In this document: positions 1-9,337 of the stretch, one piece after another
How the letters are laid out: each line of letters begins with the position of its first letter
How positions within the stretch are numbered: position 1 is the first letter of the stretch
DNA from: Escherichia phage PE37
DNA length: 64,000 bases
Reading direction: 5' to 3' (one strand)
Sequence record: NC_054929.1
The notes under the pieces: model-generated
The model's input: the letters and a program-made list of their open reading frames with translations, nothing else
Told to the model about the DNA's origin: nothing
Database searches by the model: none
Made by a program: the position numbers and the translations under genes

Positions 1-26
1 ATACAGAAAACAACTTGGAGAATGAA

Positions 27-290
27 ATGGATAATTATGGTGAACTGTTCAACTTCTTTATGAAATGTGTTTCCGAAGATTTTGGTCGTACAGTGAATGA
101 TATTAAAGTTATCGGTCCTGACCATCCGATGTTTGAAACTTACGCAGTAATGGGTAATGAAGATGGTCAGTGGTATACTGTAAAGGTTGTGATTAACATG
201 TTCACAGCAGAAGGTTATGTTAAACTGTCTTCTAAAGTTTACCATGATAACGACGAAATCGCAGAAGAATATTTCAATAATATGAAATAA
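27..290 (+). CDS. hypothetical protein (e.8 position)
   Basis: ORF; ATG at 27 six nt after GGAG (track start 15 is a TTG inside the SD); preceded by conserved promoter-leader. Confidence 0.6.
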   Translation: MDNYGELFNFFMKCVSEDFGRTVNDIKVIGPDHPMFETYAVMGNEDGQWYTVKVVINMFTAEGYVKLSSKVYHDNDEIAEEYFNNMK

Positions 291-358
291 TTGTGTACAA
301 ACACCAAGGATGGTGTTATTATAGACTTATCAAAACAAATACAGAAACGGAGAAATAA

Positions 359-535
359 ATGACTACTTTAATTATTTGGTTTGACGAAAATGAAGAAACA
401 TATTGTGTGAACATTGGCGAAAGCCCAATGCCAGAATTTGAATCTTCAGATAAAAACTCGGTTATATCTTGGGCTGAAGGTTATAAAGCAGCAAAAGGCG
501 ATGTTGAAATAGTTTACAAACTATCCGGAGTATAA
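359..535 (+). CDS. small hypothetical protein (58 aa)
   Basis: ATG with GGAG upstream; fills gap between flanking genes; not in ORF track (<60 aa). Confidence 0.4.
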   Translation: MTTLIIWFDENEETYCVNIGESPMPEFESSDKNSVISWAEGYKAAKGDVEIVYKLSGV

Positions 536-578
536 TACTCTCATGGATTTTAAATCTTAATTAACCTAAGGAAATACT

Positions 579-1172
579 ATGAACACACTGAAGAAAATTG
601 TTGAGTTTATTCGCACTAAACTTGGTTCTGCTATGGCTAAAAATCTATCTGTTGAAGAGCAGTATACTGCCGCAGCAGCAAAATTGCTTGATAAAATTAA
701 AGATCTAAAAACTGCTTCTGTTAAATCTATTAATGAAGAAAAGCGTATTCGTGAACTTATTGTCGAAAAGAATAAGCAGGCCGAATCAAAAGAGCGTGAA
801 ATTCGCAAGCTCCTTTCGGAAGGTCAAGATGTAACAATGCATGCTAAACTTGGTTTACTATATCGTCGAACAGCTGAGCAGTTGACTACTAAAGCTGATG
901 GTTATGCTGAAATGCGAATTGAAATCGCCAAGAAAGTAGTTGAGTTAGATGATGCTCGCCAAGAACTTGCAGTTAAATTGGAATATATCCGTGAAACTCG
1001 TGCAGCGAATGCCCTTGGAATTAGTACTGCCGATGATGTAGTTGAAATTGCAGCGCTGACTAAGGTTGATATTGAAGATACTCTTGCTCGAGTTGAAACC
1101 TTTAACGGTAATATTTCTGGGGTTGAAACCACCTCTGCCGATGTTCAGGAATATATTAATTCTCTGAAATAA
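579..1172 (+). CDS. coiled-coil protein, PspA/IM30-like (e.6 position)
   Basis: ATG+SD; 197 aa helical, charge pattern resembling PspA/Vipp1 family. Confidence 0.6.
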
Positions 1173-1175
1173 TGA

Positions 1176-1199
1176 TAAGGGGCTTCGGCCCCTATTACT
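1176..1199 (+). terminator. UUCG-tetraloop hairpin (GGGGCTTCGGCCCC)
   Basis: perfect GC stem with UUCG loop; weak U tract. Confidence 0.5.
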
Positions 1200-1213
1200 T
1201 GGAGTAAGTAGGA

Positions 1214-1822
1214 ATGAAAATGCAAAGTGATTTCAATTCAATGTTTGAAGAGTTCCAAAGACAGGTTGATGTTCCAGACCAATTATTAAATGCTCTTAAA
1301 CGTATGGCAGAAGGACGTAATTATTATTGGGGTTCTTCATATGAAACTGTTGAAAGTCTTTCTGGAAGATTTTCTAGAGGTAAAAAGTCTTTAATACGTC
1401 CTGGAATACTTATTAACAGTATTGAATCAATTCATTTATTAACATGCGATTTTGACGTTGAATTTACTGATTTTGTTTCTCCTGAATGGACGGTCTGTTA
1501 TTTAAACGACGATTATGATTATCTTGGCGTTTATAGTTTAAGTGATGCATGGTTTAAACGTAATTTACAAAAGTCAAATTTATTCTATATTGATACTACT
1601 GTAAAATTTCAGGGCAAGAAATATTTCTTTACTCTTATAGTTGACTCTGAAACAAAATATGAAAATAAACGTATTCTTAGTAAAAAGAATATCTTAACTA
1701 CTGTCGATGATCTTTTTGATAAATTCGTAGAAAATCCCAATTTTGAAAGCGATTTATTATTAGAAAAATTTGTTAAGGAATGTAGAGAATATGTCAAAAC
1801 CATCACTATACCTTCCAAGTAA
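1214..1822 (+). CDS. hypothetical protein (e.5 position)
   Basis: ATG+SD GGAG; 202 aa. Confidence 0.65.
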   Translation: MKMQSDFNSMFEEFQRQVDVPDQLLNALKRMAEGRNYYWGSSYETVESLSGRFSRGKKSLIRPGILINSIESIHLLTCDFDVEFTDFVSPEWTVCYLNDDYDYLGVYSLSDAWFKRNLQKSNLFYIDTTVKFQGKKYFFTLIVDSETKYENKRILSKKNILTTVDDLFDKFVENPNFESDLLLEKFVKECREYVKTITIPSK

Positions 1823-2183
1823 ACCGTTGAAGTATGAATTAAAGCGTCAGATAATTTCTACTGATGTGTTAATAGGTCCTGTGGTAGCTGTATCATTTGT
1901 GATTCTGCTGATTGCTGGAATGGTTATAGACGTTATGACTGATATTGGATCTAATACAATATTTGCGTCAACGCTAATTCTTCCATTGGTAGTTCCGCTT
2001 TTATTAGTACCTATAAATTGGATAGGATATTGGTATCAAGGAAGACACTATCGTAAACGTGTACGTGATTGGAAAGCCCAGTGCAAAAAGATTAAAAAAG
2101 AACATCAGCTTAAACTTGCTGCGTATGAATTTGATGAAATTATGAAATTTGTTAAGGAATCACGATGCAAAAGCCAAAACTAA
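1791..2183 (+). CDS. membrane protein, e.x paralog family
   Basis: in-frame ATG at 1791; hydrophobic segments; C-terminal motif shared with neighbours. Confidence 0.55.
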   Translation: MSKPSLYLPSKPLKYELKRQIISTDVLIGPVVAVSFVILLIAGMVIDVMTDIGSNTIFASTLILPLVVPLLLVPINWIGYWYQGRHYRKRVRDWKAQCKKIKKEHQLKLAAYEFDEIMKFVKESRCKSQN

Positions 2184-2527
2184 ATAAAGCCAAATATTCG
2201 TTTCCAGAGGCACTATTAATTCTTGCCGTATCAGCATTTACAGCTCTTGCGGGTAGTCTTATTGGATTATTAATTGACTGTTTTATTTTAAACATCGACG
2301 GCACAGTAATTATAACAGAGGTTTGGAGTGAACTTCGTTATACTATAGCGATTTCATTATTTTCATTCTTTGGTACCATGTTATATTTTCATTATGATAA
2401 TTTTAAAATAAATTGGCAAAGAAAAAAAGATTACAAAATACAATTAAAAGAATATAATAGCTACATGTCTTATATTGAAAAAGAATCAATGGAAGAGTTT
2501 GTGAGTGATTGTAGGAAAATTAAATGA
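2165..2527 (+). CDS. membrane protein, e.x paralog family
   Basis: ATG; 2-3 TM segments; C-terminal ...DCRKIK. Confidence 0.6.
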   Translation: MQKPKLNKAKYSFPEALLILAVSAFTALAGSLIGLLIDCFILNIDGTVIITEVWSELRYTIAISLFSFFGTMLYFHYDNFKINWQRKKDYKIQLKEYNSYMSYIEKESMEEFVSDCRKIK

Positions 2528-3012
2528 TTTTAAAAACTCGCTGGTATGATTTAGATGACGGGGATGATGGCATTTCAGTTAATAGAGTTGACTGGAATGG
2601 CTGTTCCGAAGATATGAAAAATTTGCTGATTAGGGAGTTTAGAATGGGATATCAACCAGTTAAGCCATCTACTGCAACAGATGATAAATTCGTGTGTATT
2701 CATAATGGTCGCGCTAAATTAACGAACGCTGATTGGTTCACAGATAAAATTATGATTCTGTGGTATATTATTAGTCTTCCTGTGACATCATTCGTATTTT
2801 ACTTTTTTATAAAAAATCCAATGGACAGAATAGGAGATTGGATTCTTTTAACCATACTTGTTAATATTTTTACTGCAGCAATATTATCTGGGATATGGTA
2901 CACGTTCATTGAAATGCCATGGCGTTTACGCAGACAACAAAAGATTTTTGATGAAAAGAAATATACCCAAAATTTAAATAGCTTTATCACTGAATGCAGG
3001 AAATTAAAATGA
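2524..3012 (+). CDS. membrane protein, e.x paralog family (e.2 position)
   Basis: ATGA overlap with upstream gene; TM segments; C-terminal ...ECRKLK. Confidence 0.6.
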   Translation: MILKTRWYDLDDGDDGISVNRVDWNGCSEDMKNLLIREFRMGYQPVKPSTATDDKFVCIHNGRAKLTNADWFTDKIMILWYIISLPVTSFVFYFFIKNPMDRIGDWILLTILVNIFTAAILSGIWYTFIEMPWRLRRQQKIFDEKKYTQNLNSFITECRKLK

Positions 3013-3449
3013 AAACATTATCAGTTGGTATTATCTTTATGACAGAAGATAAAGATTTATTTATGGGTCGGGTTACTGGTTCTCGTAAGCCTGGAATGAT
3101 GGCACATCGCTGGGATATTCCAAAGGGCCGTGTAGAAAATTCTGATTTAAGCGCATTAGATGCAGCACGAAGAGAATGTTTAGAAGAGACTGGTTTTAGC
3201 AATTATAATCCAGACCTTCTAGAAGACCTAGGTGTATTTAAATATTCTAGTAATAAAGACTTACAGTTATTTTATTATACGATTCCAGTAGAGCATGAGA
3301 TGTTCAGAAATTGCCATTGCGAGTCTTATTTTGAAAATAAAGATGGTGTTATGATTCCAGAGATGGACGCTTTTGCTCTTATTCCTCATACTCAGTGGCA
3401 ATATGTGATGGGTCCTTCACTTTACCGAATAATGAACAACCTCTTTTAA
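3009..3449 (+). CDS. nudE: Nudix hydrolase NudE
   Basis: Nudix box G-x5-E-x7-REC-x-EETG; immediately upstream of e as in T4; start 3009 vs 2994 uncertain. Confidence 0.75.
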   Translation: MKTLSVGIIFMTEDKDLFMGRVTGSRKPGMMAHRWDIPKGRVENSDLSALDAARRECLEETGFSNYNPDLLEDLGVFKYSSNKDLQLFYYTIPVEHEMFRNCHCESYFENKDGVMIPEMDAFALIPHTQWQYVMGPSLYRIMNNLF

Positions 3450-4020
<571 letters not shown>

Positions 4021-4039
4021 AGTTACTTGGAGGGATAAA

Positions 4040-4456
4040 ATGACTCGTATTAATTTGACTTTAGTATCTGAACTTGCTGATCAACATTTAATCGCAGAAT
4101 ACCGTGAATTGCCACGTGTTTTTGGTATAGTTCGTAAACATGTGGCAAATGGTAAACGGGTTAAAGATTTTAAAATATCTTCCGAGTTTATTTTAGGTTC
4201 TGGTCATGTTACGTTCTTTTACGATAAGTTAGAATTTTTGCGAAAGCGTCAATCAGACATTATAACGGAATGCTTAAAACGCGGGTTTAGTATAAAAGAT
4301 ACTGAAGTTCCTGACATCGGCGATATTCCAGCAGAATGGAAAAATGATTATAATCCATGCAAATCAGCTATTAAATTGAGTCAACAACGACTCAATGAAA
4401 AAATTTTAATGAAGCCACACTGGTACAAGTATTACGGCAAAAATATTTACATTTAA
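4040..4456 (+). CDS. denV: endonuclease V, pyrimidine-dimer DNA glycosylase
   Basis: 138 aa, [17 protein letters not shown]..., matches T4 endo V. Confidence 0.95.
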   Translation: MTRINLTLVSELADQHLIAEYRELPRVFGIVRKHVANGKRVKDFKISSEFILGSGHVTFFYDKLEFLRKRQSDIITECLKRGFSIKDTEVPDIGDIPAEWKNDYNPCKSAIKLSQQRLNEKILMKPHWYKYYGKNIYI

Positions 4457-4465
4457 AGGAAACAC

Positions 4466-4939
4466 ATGAAAACATATCAAGAATTTATTACTGAAGCAGC
4501 TATTAATTCTCAAATTATTGCTGAATCTTTTACTGATCTTTTGAAATTTAAAAAAGGTCAAAAAATCACTGCTGTATTGGATGATGGTACAGAAGTTGAG
4601 ATGGATGTACAGGGATATAATTATGCAGTAGATGGAAAACTGTATAATAAATCTCATGCTAAATTTGATTCATTTGACGACTTTGTTAATACAGTTGAAG
4701 ATGAAAAAACTCGTCGATCCATTGCAACTGGTGATGCTAAGGTTCTTATGGCACATGGTCATGAACGCATTCGCGCTAAACAGAATAAAATGGGCGAAGA
4801 TAATTTCGCATTAGTTGGTTATCAATCTGGTAAACAAACTTATGGTTATCAGCGTACTGCTACCATGTATAATAAAAATGGTAAAATTGCCTTTGTGAAT
4901 AGTAAGGGTTCTATTCAGTACGTTAAATCGTTCAAATAA
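4466..4939 (+). CDS. capsid internal protein (Ip family)
   Basis: N-terminal capsid-targeting sequence MKTYQEFITE with protease site after E; 157 aa, length differs from T4 ipII/ipIII. Confidence 0.75.
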   Translation: MKTYQEFITEAAINSQIIAESFTDLLKFKKGQKITAVLDDGTEVEMDVQGYNYAVDGKLYNKSHAKFDSFDDFVNTVEDEKTRRSIATGDAKVLMAHGHERIRAKQNKMGEDNFALVGYQSGKQTYGYQRTATMYNKNGKIAFVNSKGSIQYVKSFK

Positions 4940-5073
4940 TATGGGAACAGCCTGGACCTCATTTGAGGTATTCCCGCCAACCTGTAATAAGGTCGAGCCC
5001 AAGCGCGGTAATGGGTAAATACAGAAATGGACAATTCATGCGCCATGGAATGGCCCAAACTTAGAGAGAAGAA

Positions 5074-5613
5074 ATGAGAACATTTTTAACTGGTCCTTAT
5101 CTATCCCTGATGAATGCTTTTACACACCATTCTGATGCTAGAGTAGAAGAAATTTGTAAAAACGAATATATCCCGCCATTTGAAGACTTACTTAAGCAGT
5201 ATTGCACACTTCGTATAGATGGTGGACGTCAATCCGGTAAATCAACTGCTGTGACTAACTTTGCTGCTAATTGGCTGTATGATGGTGGAACAGTTATTGT
5301 TCTTTCTAATACTTCAGCTTACGCTAAAATTTCTGCAAATAACATTAAAAAAGAATTTTCTCGTTATTCTGGCGATGATATTCGATTCCGCTTATTTACC
5401 GATTCTGTCCGTAGTTTTATCGGTAATAAAGGAAGCAAGTTCAGAGGTTTATCGCTTTCACGAATTTTGTATATAATTGATGAGCCTGTTAAAGCTCCTG
5501 ATATGGATAAAATTTACGATATTCATATTGAAACTGTACATTACTGTTGCAATAGTAAATGCTGCATTGGTGGTATTACTCGTCCACAGTTTTTCATAAT
5601 CGGAATGCAATGA
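5074..5613 (+). CDS. small P-loop NTPase (vs.8 position)
   Basis: Walker A GGRQSGKST, Walker B ILYIIDEP. Confidence 0.6.
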   Translation: MRTFLTGPYLSLMNAFTHHSDARVEEICKNEYIPPFEDLLKQYCTLRIDGGRQSGKSTAVTNFAANWLYDGGTVIVLSNTSAYAKISANNIKKEFSRYSGDDIRFRLFTDSVRSFIGNKGSKFRGLSLSRILYIIDEPVKAPDMDKIYDIHIETVHYCCNSKCCIGGITRPQFFIIGMQ

Positions 5614-5939
5614 TGACAGACACACAGCTTTTCGAATATCTTTATTTTTCGCCAAAAACTATTAAAAATAAATTGGTGAATCATTTTGAAATTTTGGCAA
5701 ATAATAACGTCTTGAGCGAATTTTATCCTAAGCAATACAAATTACAAAAAGGCGTATTCAAAGGATGCAGAGTTTTGTGCACTGCTCCTAATGCAAGATT
5801 AATGAATAAAATTCCATATTTTACCATGGAATTTATTGATGGACCTTTTAAAGGACTAATCACCCAAAGTTTAATGGCATATGATTCTGAGCCATTTTTA
5901 ATTAAAGAACAGTCTTGGATAAATTTATTTTCTAATTGA
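5610..5939 (+). CDS. hypothetical protein
   Basis: ATGATGA overlap with upstream stop. Confidence 0.5.
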   Translation: MMTDTQLFEYLYFSPKTIKNKLVNHFEILANNNVLSEFYPKQYKLQKGVFKGCRVLCTAPNARLMNKIPYFTMEFIDGPFKGLITQSLMAYDSEPFLIKEQSWINLFSN

Positions 5940-5945
5940 GGTTAT

Positions 5946-6308
5946 ATGAAAGCATATCAAATTCTTGAAGGCACACATAAAGGTACTATTTATTTTGAAG
6001 ATGGTATTCAAGCACGAATTATTGTCTCCAAAACCTTTAAAGAGGACTCTTTTGTAGACCCAGAAATTTTCTACGGTTTGCATGCCCGTGAAATTGAAAT
6101 TGAACCACAGCCTACAGTTAAAATTGAAGGTGGTCAACACCTGAACGTTAACGTTCTGCGTCGTGAAACTCTGGAAGATGCAGTTAAGCATCCGGAAAAA
6201 TATCCGCAGCTGACCATCCGTGTATCCGGTTATGCAGTTCGCTTTAACTCTCTGACTCCGGAACAGCAGCGCGACGTTATCGCTCGTACCTTTACTGAGA
6301 GCTTGTAA
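5946..6308 (+). CDS. autonomous glycyl-radical cofactor (GrcA/YfiD-like)
   Basis: C-terminal [29 protein letters not shown] glycyl-radical motif; 3' half has E. coli-like codon usage. Confidence 0.85.
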   Translation: MKAYQILEGTHKGTIYFEDGIQARIIVSKTFKEDSFVDPEIFYGLHAREIEIEPQPTVKIEGGQHLNVNVLRRETLEDAVKHPEKYPQLTIRVSGYAVRFNSLTPEQQRDVIARTFTESL

Positions 6309-6529
6309 TGGCAAAGATAATTATTGAAGGTTCTAAAGATGTGTTAAATGCTTTCGCCGAGTGGTTTAGTAATTCAGGCGAACAGCAATTTAATGAAGCG
6401 TGGACCATGGGTGATATTGATGGAATTTATCCTACGACAGAAATTTCTGTTCAAGGATATGGCATTCATGAACCTATTCGTTTAGTTGAATATGATTTAT
6501 GTACTGGTGAGGAAGTCAAATATGATTGA
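6308..6529 (+). CDS. hypothetical protein
   Basis: TAATG overlap; 73 aa. Confidence 0.55.
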   Translation: MAKIIIEGSKDVLNAFAEWFSNSGEQQFNEAWTMGDIDGIYPTTEISVQGYGIHEPIRLVEYDLCTGEEVKYD

Positions 6530-6788
6530 AGACATTAAGGGTTATAAGCCACATACTGAAGAGAAAATCGGTAAAGTGAATGCTATCAAAGATGCTGAAG
6601 TTCGTTTAGGACTTATCTTTGACGCTTTATATGATGAATTCTGGGAAGCACTAGATAATTGTGAAGACTGTGAATTCGCGAAGAATTATGCTGAAAGTCT
6701 CGATCAGTTAACTATTGCTAAAACGAAACTCAAAGAAGCCAGTATGTGGGCTTGTCGTGCTGTGTTCCAACCAGAGGAAAAATATTAA
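6522..6788 (+). CDS. hypothetical protein at vs.4 position (candidate Acb2-like cyclic-nucleotide sponge)
   Basis: in-frame ATG at 6522; assignment by synteny only. Confidence 0.5.
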   Translation: MIEDIKGYKPHTEEKIGKVNAIKDAEVRLGLIFDALYDEFWEALDNCEDCEFAKNYAESLDQLTIAKTKLKEASMWACRAVFQPEEKY

Positions 6789-7066
6789 TGGCTCAATTAA
6801 GCGCAGGGTTTGGTTATGAGTATTATACTGCCCCTCGTCGTGCATCTGTTGCTCCTAAGAAAATTCAAAGTCTTGATGACTTCCAAGAAGTAGTCCGTAA
6901 AGCTTTTCAGGACTATGCACGTTATCTTAAAGAAGATTCACAGGACTGTCTCGAAGAAGATGAAATTGCTTACTATACGCAGCGTCTTGAACAGCTCAAA
7001 AATCTACATGAGGTTCGTGCAGAAGTTTCAAAGTCTATGAATAAATTGATTAGATTTAAAGAATAA
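6788..7066 (+). CDS. hypothetical protein
   Basis: in-frame ATG at 6788 overlapping upstream stop. Confidence 0.5.
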   Translation: MAQLSAGFGYEYYTAPRRASVAPKKIQSLDDFQEVVRKAFQDYARYLKEDSQDCLEEDEIAYYTQRLEQLKNLHEVRAEVSKSMNKLIRFKE

Positions 7067-7105
7067 CTGTTTACTTTTCCTCTTGACTGTGGTATAATTT
7101 TTCTA
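7060..7105 (+). promoter_or_regulatory. early promoter
   Basis: GTTTAC 7069-7074, 18 bp, TATAAT 7093-7098. Confidence 0.7.
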
Positions 7106-7125
7106 TCAGTTAAGAGGAGAATAAC

Positions 7126-7587
7126 ATGACTATCAATACAGAAGTTTTTATCCGTCGAAATAAGCTTCGTCGTCACTTTGAGTCGGAGTTTCGTCAAATT
7201 AACAATGAGATTCGTGAGGCATCAAAAGCAGCAGGGGTCTCATCGTTTCATCTAAAATATTCTCAGCATCTTCTTGATCGTGCAATTCAACGGGAGATTG
7301 ATGAGACATATGTTTTTGAATTATTCCACAAAATAAAAGACCATGTTTTAGAAGTTAATGAATTCCTGAGTATGCCTCCGCGTCCTGACATTGACGAGGA
7401 TTTTATTGATGGGGTTGAATATCGTCCTGGGCGTTTGGAAATTACAGATGGAAATCTTTGGCTTGGATTTACAGTTTGTAAGCCTAATGAGAAGTTCAAA
7501 AACCCGTCACTTCAATGCAGGATGGCAATTATCAACAGTCGTCGTTTACCAGGAAAGGCTTCTAAAGCAGTAATTAAAACTCAATGA
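7126..7587 (+). CDS. regB: endoribonuclease RegB
   Basis: 153 aa, MTINTEVFIRRNKLRRHFESEFRQ..., matches T4 RegB; SD GAGGAG. Confidence 0.9.
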   Translation: MTINTEVFIRRNKLRRHFESEFRQINNEIREASKAAGVSSFHLKYSQHLLDRAIQREIDETYVFELFHKIKDHVLEVNEFLSMPPRPDIDEDFIDGVEYRPGRLEITDGNLWLGFTVCKPNEKFKNPSLQCRMAIINSRRLPGKASKAVIKTQ

Positions 7588-7594
7588 GGTAAGC

Positions 7595-8140
7595 ATGAGA
7601 AAAGCACTACTCGCTGGTCTATTGGCCATTTCAATGATGGCACATAGCTCCGAGCATACTTTCAGTAATGTCCAACTCGATAACATGCGTTACGCGTATC
7701 AATTCGGGGAACAATTTTCTAAGGATGGAAAATATAAAACACACAAAAATATCCACAAGAGCGGATTAGGTCATATAATGGCTGCTATTTTATGGCAAGA
7801 AAGCTCTGGCGGAGTTAATTTAAAATCTAAACCAAAGCATCACGCCTACGGAATGTTCCAAAATTATTTGCCTACTATGCGAGCAAGAGTTAAGGAACTT
7901 GGTTATAATATGACCGATGCTGAAATAAAAAGAATGTTGAATAAACGGTCCAATTCAGCTTCCTGGGCGTACATTGAACTTTCTTATTGGTTAAATATAC
8001 ATAAGGGCGATATAAGAAAAGCAATATCCTCTTATAATTCGGGATGGAATGTTAAAGCAGGTTCTAAATATGCTTCTGAAGTCCTAGAAAAGGCTAATTA
8101 CCTTAAAAATAATAAACTTTTGGAAATAGTAAATGACTAA
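7595..8140 (+). CDS. secreted lytic transglycosylase-like protein (vs.1 position)
   Basis: signal peptide; SLT-like motifs (WQESSG, AYGMFQ). Confidence 0.65.
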   Translation: MRKALLAGLLAISMMAHSSEHTFSNVQLDNMRYAYQFGEQFSKDGKYKTHKNIHKSGLGHIMAAILWQESSGGVNLKSKPKHHAYGMFQNYLPTMRARVKELGYNMTDAEIKRMLNKRSNSASWAYIELSYWLNIHKGDIRKAISSYNSGWNVKAGSKYASEVLEKANYLKNNKLLEIVND

Positions 8141-8474
8141 AATTTTGGTTTTATGTATAGGATTAATTTCATTTTCTGCGTTAGCAAATACATCATATAC
8201 TGAAATTAGAGAGTATGTAAACCGTACTGCCGCGGATTATTGCGGGAAAAATAAAGCATGCCAAGCTGAATTTGCGCAGAAATTAATATATGCATATAAA
8301 GACGGAGAAAGAGATAAATCAAGCAGATACAAAAATGATACATTGTTAAAACGATATGCTAAAAAGTGGAATACCTTAGAATGTTCAGTTGCGGAGGAGA
8401 AAGATAAAGCCGCTTGTCATTCAATGGTTGACCGTTTAGTAGATTCTTATAATCGAGGATTGAGTACTAGATGA
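8133..8474 (+). CDS. vs: valyl-tRNA synthetase modifier-like protein
   Basis: 113 aa, position between regB/vs.1 and tk as in T4; signal-like N-terminus. Confidence 0.55.
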   Translation: MTKILVLCIGLISFSALANTSYTEIREYVNRTAADYCGKNKACQAEFAQKLIYAYKDGERDKSSRYKNDTLLKRYAKKWNTLECSVAEEKDKAACHSMVDRLVDSYNRGLSTR

Positions 8475-8950
8475 TTGTAAAATATATCAAGGGCGATATT
8501 GTCGCCCTATTTCTTCAAGGTAATATTATTGCGCACGGGTGCAATTGTTTTCATACTATGGGTTCAGGTGTAGCGGGTCAATTAGCAAGAGCCTATCCTA
8601 AAATTTTAGAAATAGATAAAACCACTACTGAGTACGGTTCTCGTGATAAATTAGGCGATATGTCTATTGTTTTTAAACATAATCCTACGGGATTTGGTAT
8701 ATGCTATAACCTGTATACGCAATACGAACCGGGTCCTAATCTTGATTATGGTGCTTTAGTAAACTGCATGATAGAATTAAATCTACAGGCAGAAACCCTT
8801 TTGTTTAAACCAGTAATTTACATTCCACGCATAGGTTGTGGTATTGCTGGCGGTGATTGGGATAAGGTTTCTAAATTAATCGACATGTTTACTCCTGATA
8901 TTGATTTAATAGTGGTGGATTATGAAAGTACATTACCCGCATCCGTTTGA
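8471..8950 (+). CDS. macro-domain protein (ADP-ribose binding/processing)
   Basis: GDIV...NIIAHGCNCFHTMGSGVAGQLA macro-domain signature. Confidence 0.6.
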   Translation: MIVKYIKGDIVALFLQGNIIAHGCNCFHTMGSGVAGQLARAYPKILEIDKTTTEYGSRDKLGDMSIVFKHNPTGFGICYNLYTQYEPGPNLDYGALVNCMIELNLQAETLLFKPVIYIPRIGCGIAGGDWDKVSKLIDMFTPDIDLIVVDYESTLPASV

Positions 8951-9134
8951 TCCTAAAAACAAAGTGGAAATTATTCGTCAATGGGAACGCATTTGCCGTA
9001 CTAAATGCCCAATTAATAGTCCACATGATGTAGATAAAGACTATATTGGAACATTCGTTGAATATACCTTTATTGATAGGAAAGGTCGTAAACAACATGT
9101 AGAAGAATATTGCTTAAAGGTTACATGGTTATGA
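8922..9134 (+). CDS. hypothetical protein
   Basis: ATG; 70 aa. Confidence 0.5.
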   Translation: MKVHYPHPFDPKNKVEIIRQWERICRTKCPINSPHDVDKDYIGTFVEYTFIDRKGRKQHVEEYCLKVTWL

Positions 9135-9337
9135 GCCAAACTAGTATTCTTAAAAATGCTCATTGTGAAAAGTGTGAATGGCCAGTTGTTTTTGCTTTAT
9201 GTAATGATGAAATGGCTTGTGATTTCGATTATTGGTGCTATTGTTCCAATAAAGGATGCATCAATCATAAAGGTGAAGGATTTTATTCAGGATTTTATCC
9301 TTATCCTGATTTCGTTAAAGAAGGTAAACCGAAATGA
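9131..9337 (+). CDS. Cys-rich small protein (probable zinc binding)
   Basis: ATGA overlap; CEKCEW...CDFDYWCYC...GC. Confidence 0.5.
   Translation: MSQTSILKNAHCEKCEWPVVFALCNDEMACDFDYWCYCSNKGCINHKGEGFYSGFYPYPDFVKEGKPK

Noticed and set aside
500-535. Promoter-like GTTTAC ... TATAAT inside the 3' end of ORF 359-535
   Set aside because: The spacer is only 13 bp, against 18 bp in every clear early promoter here; probably a decayed cassette copy.
4940-5073. tRNA gene in the GC-rich spacer
   Set aside because: No cloverleaf could be built: no T-loop GTTCRANYC-type motif and no acceptor-stem complementarity. No tRNA was found anywhere in the window.
5925-6314. Minus-strand ORFs from the six-frame track that overlap + strand genes (for example 5925-6314, 36309-36725, 61527-61982, 44175-44489, 40560-40904)
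   Set aside because: They lie entirely inside well-supported + strand genes, have hydrophobic or low-complexity translations typical of antisense frames, and lack ribosome-binding sites. Only 50831-51031 sits in a real gap with a strong SD.
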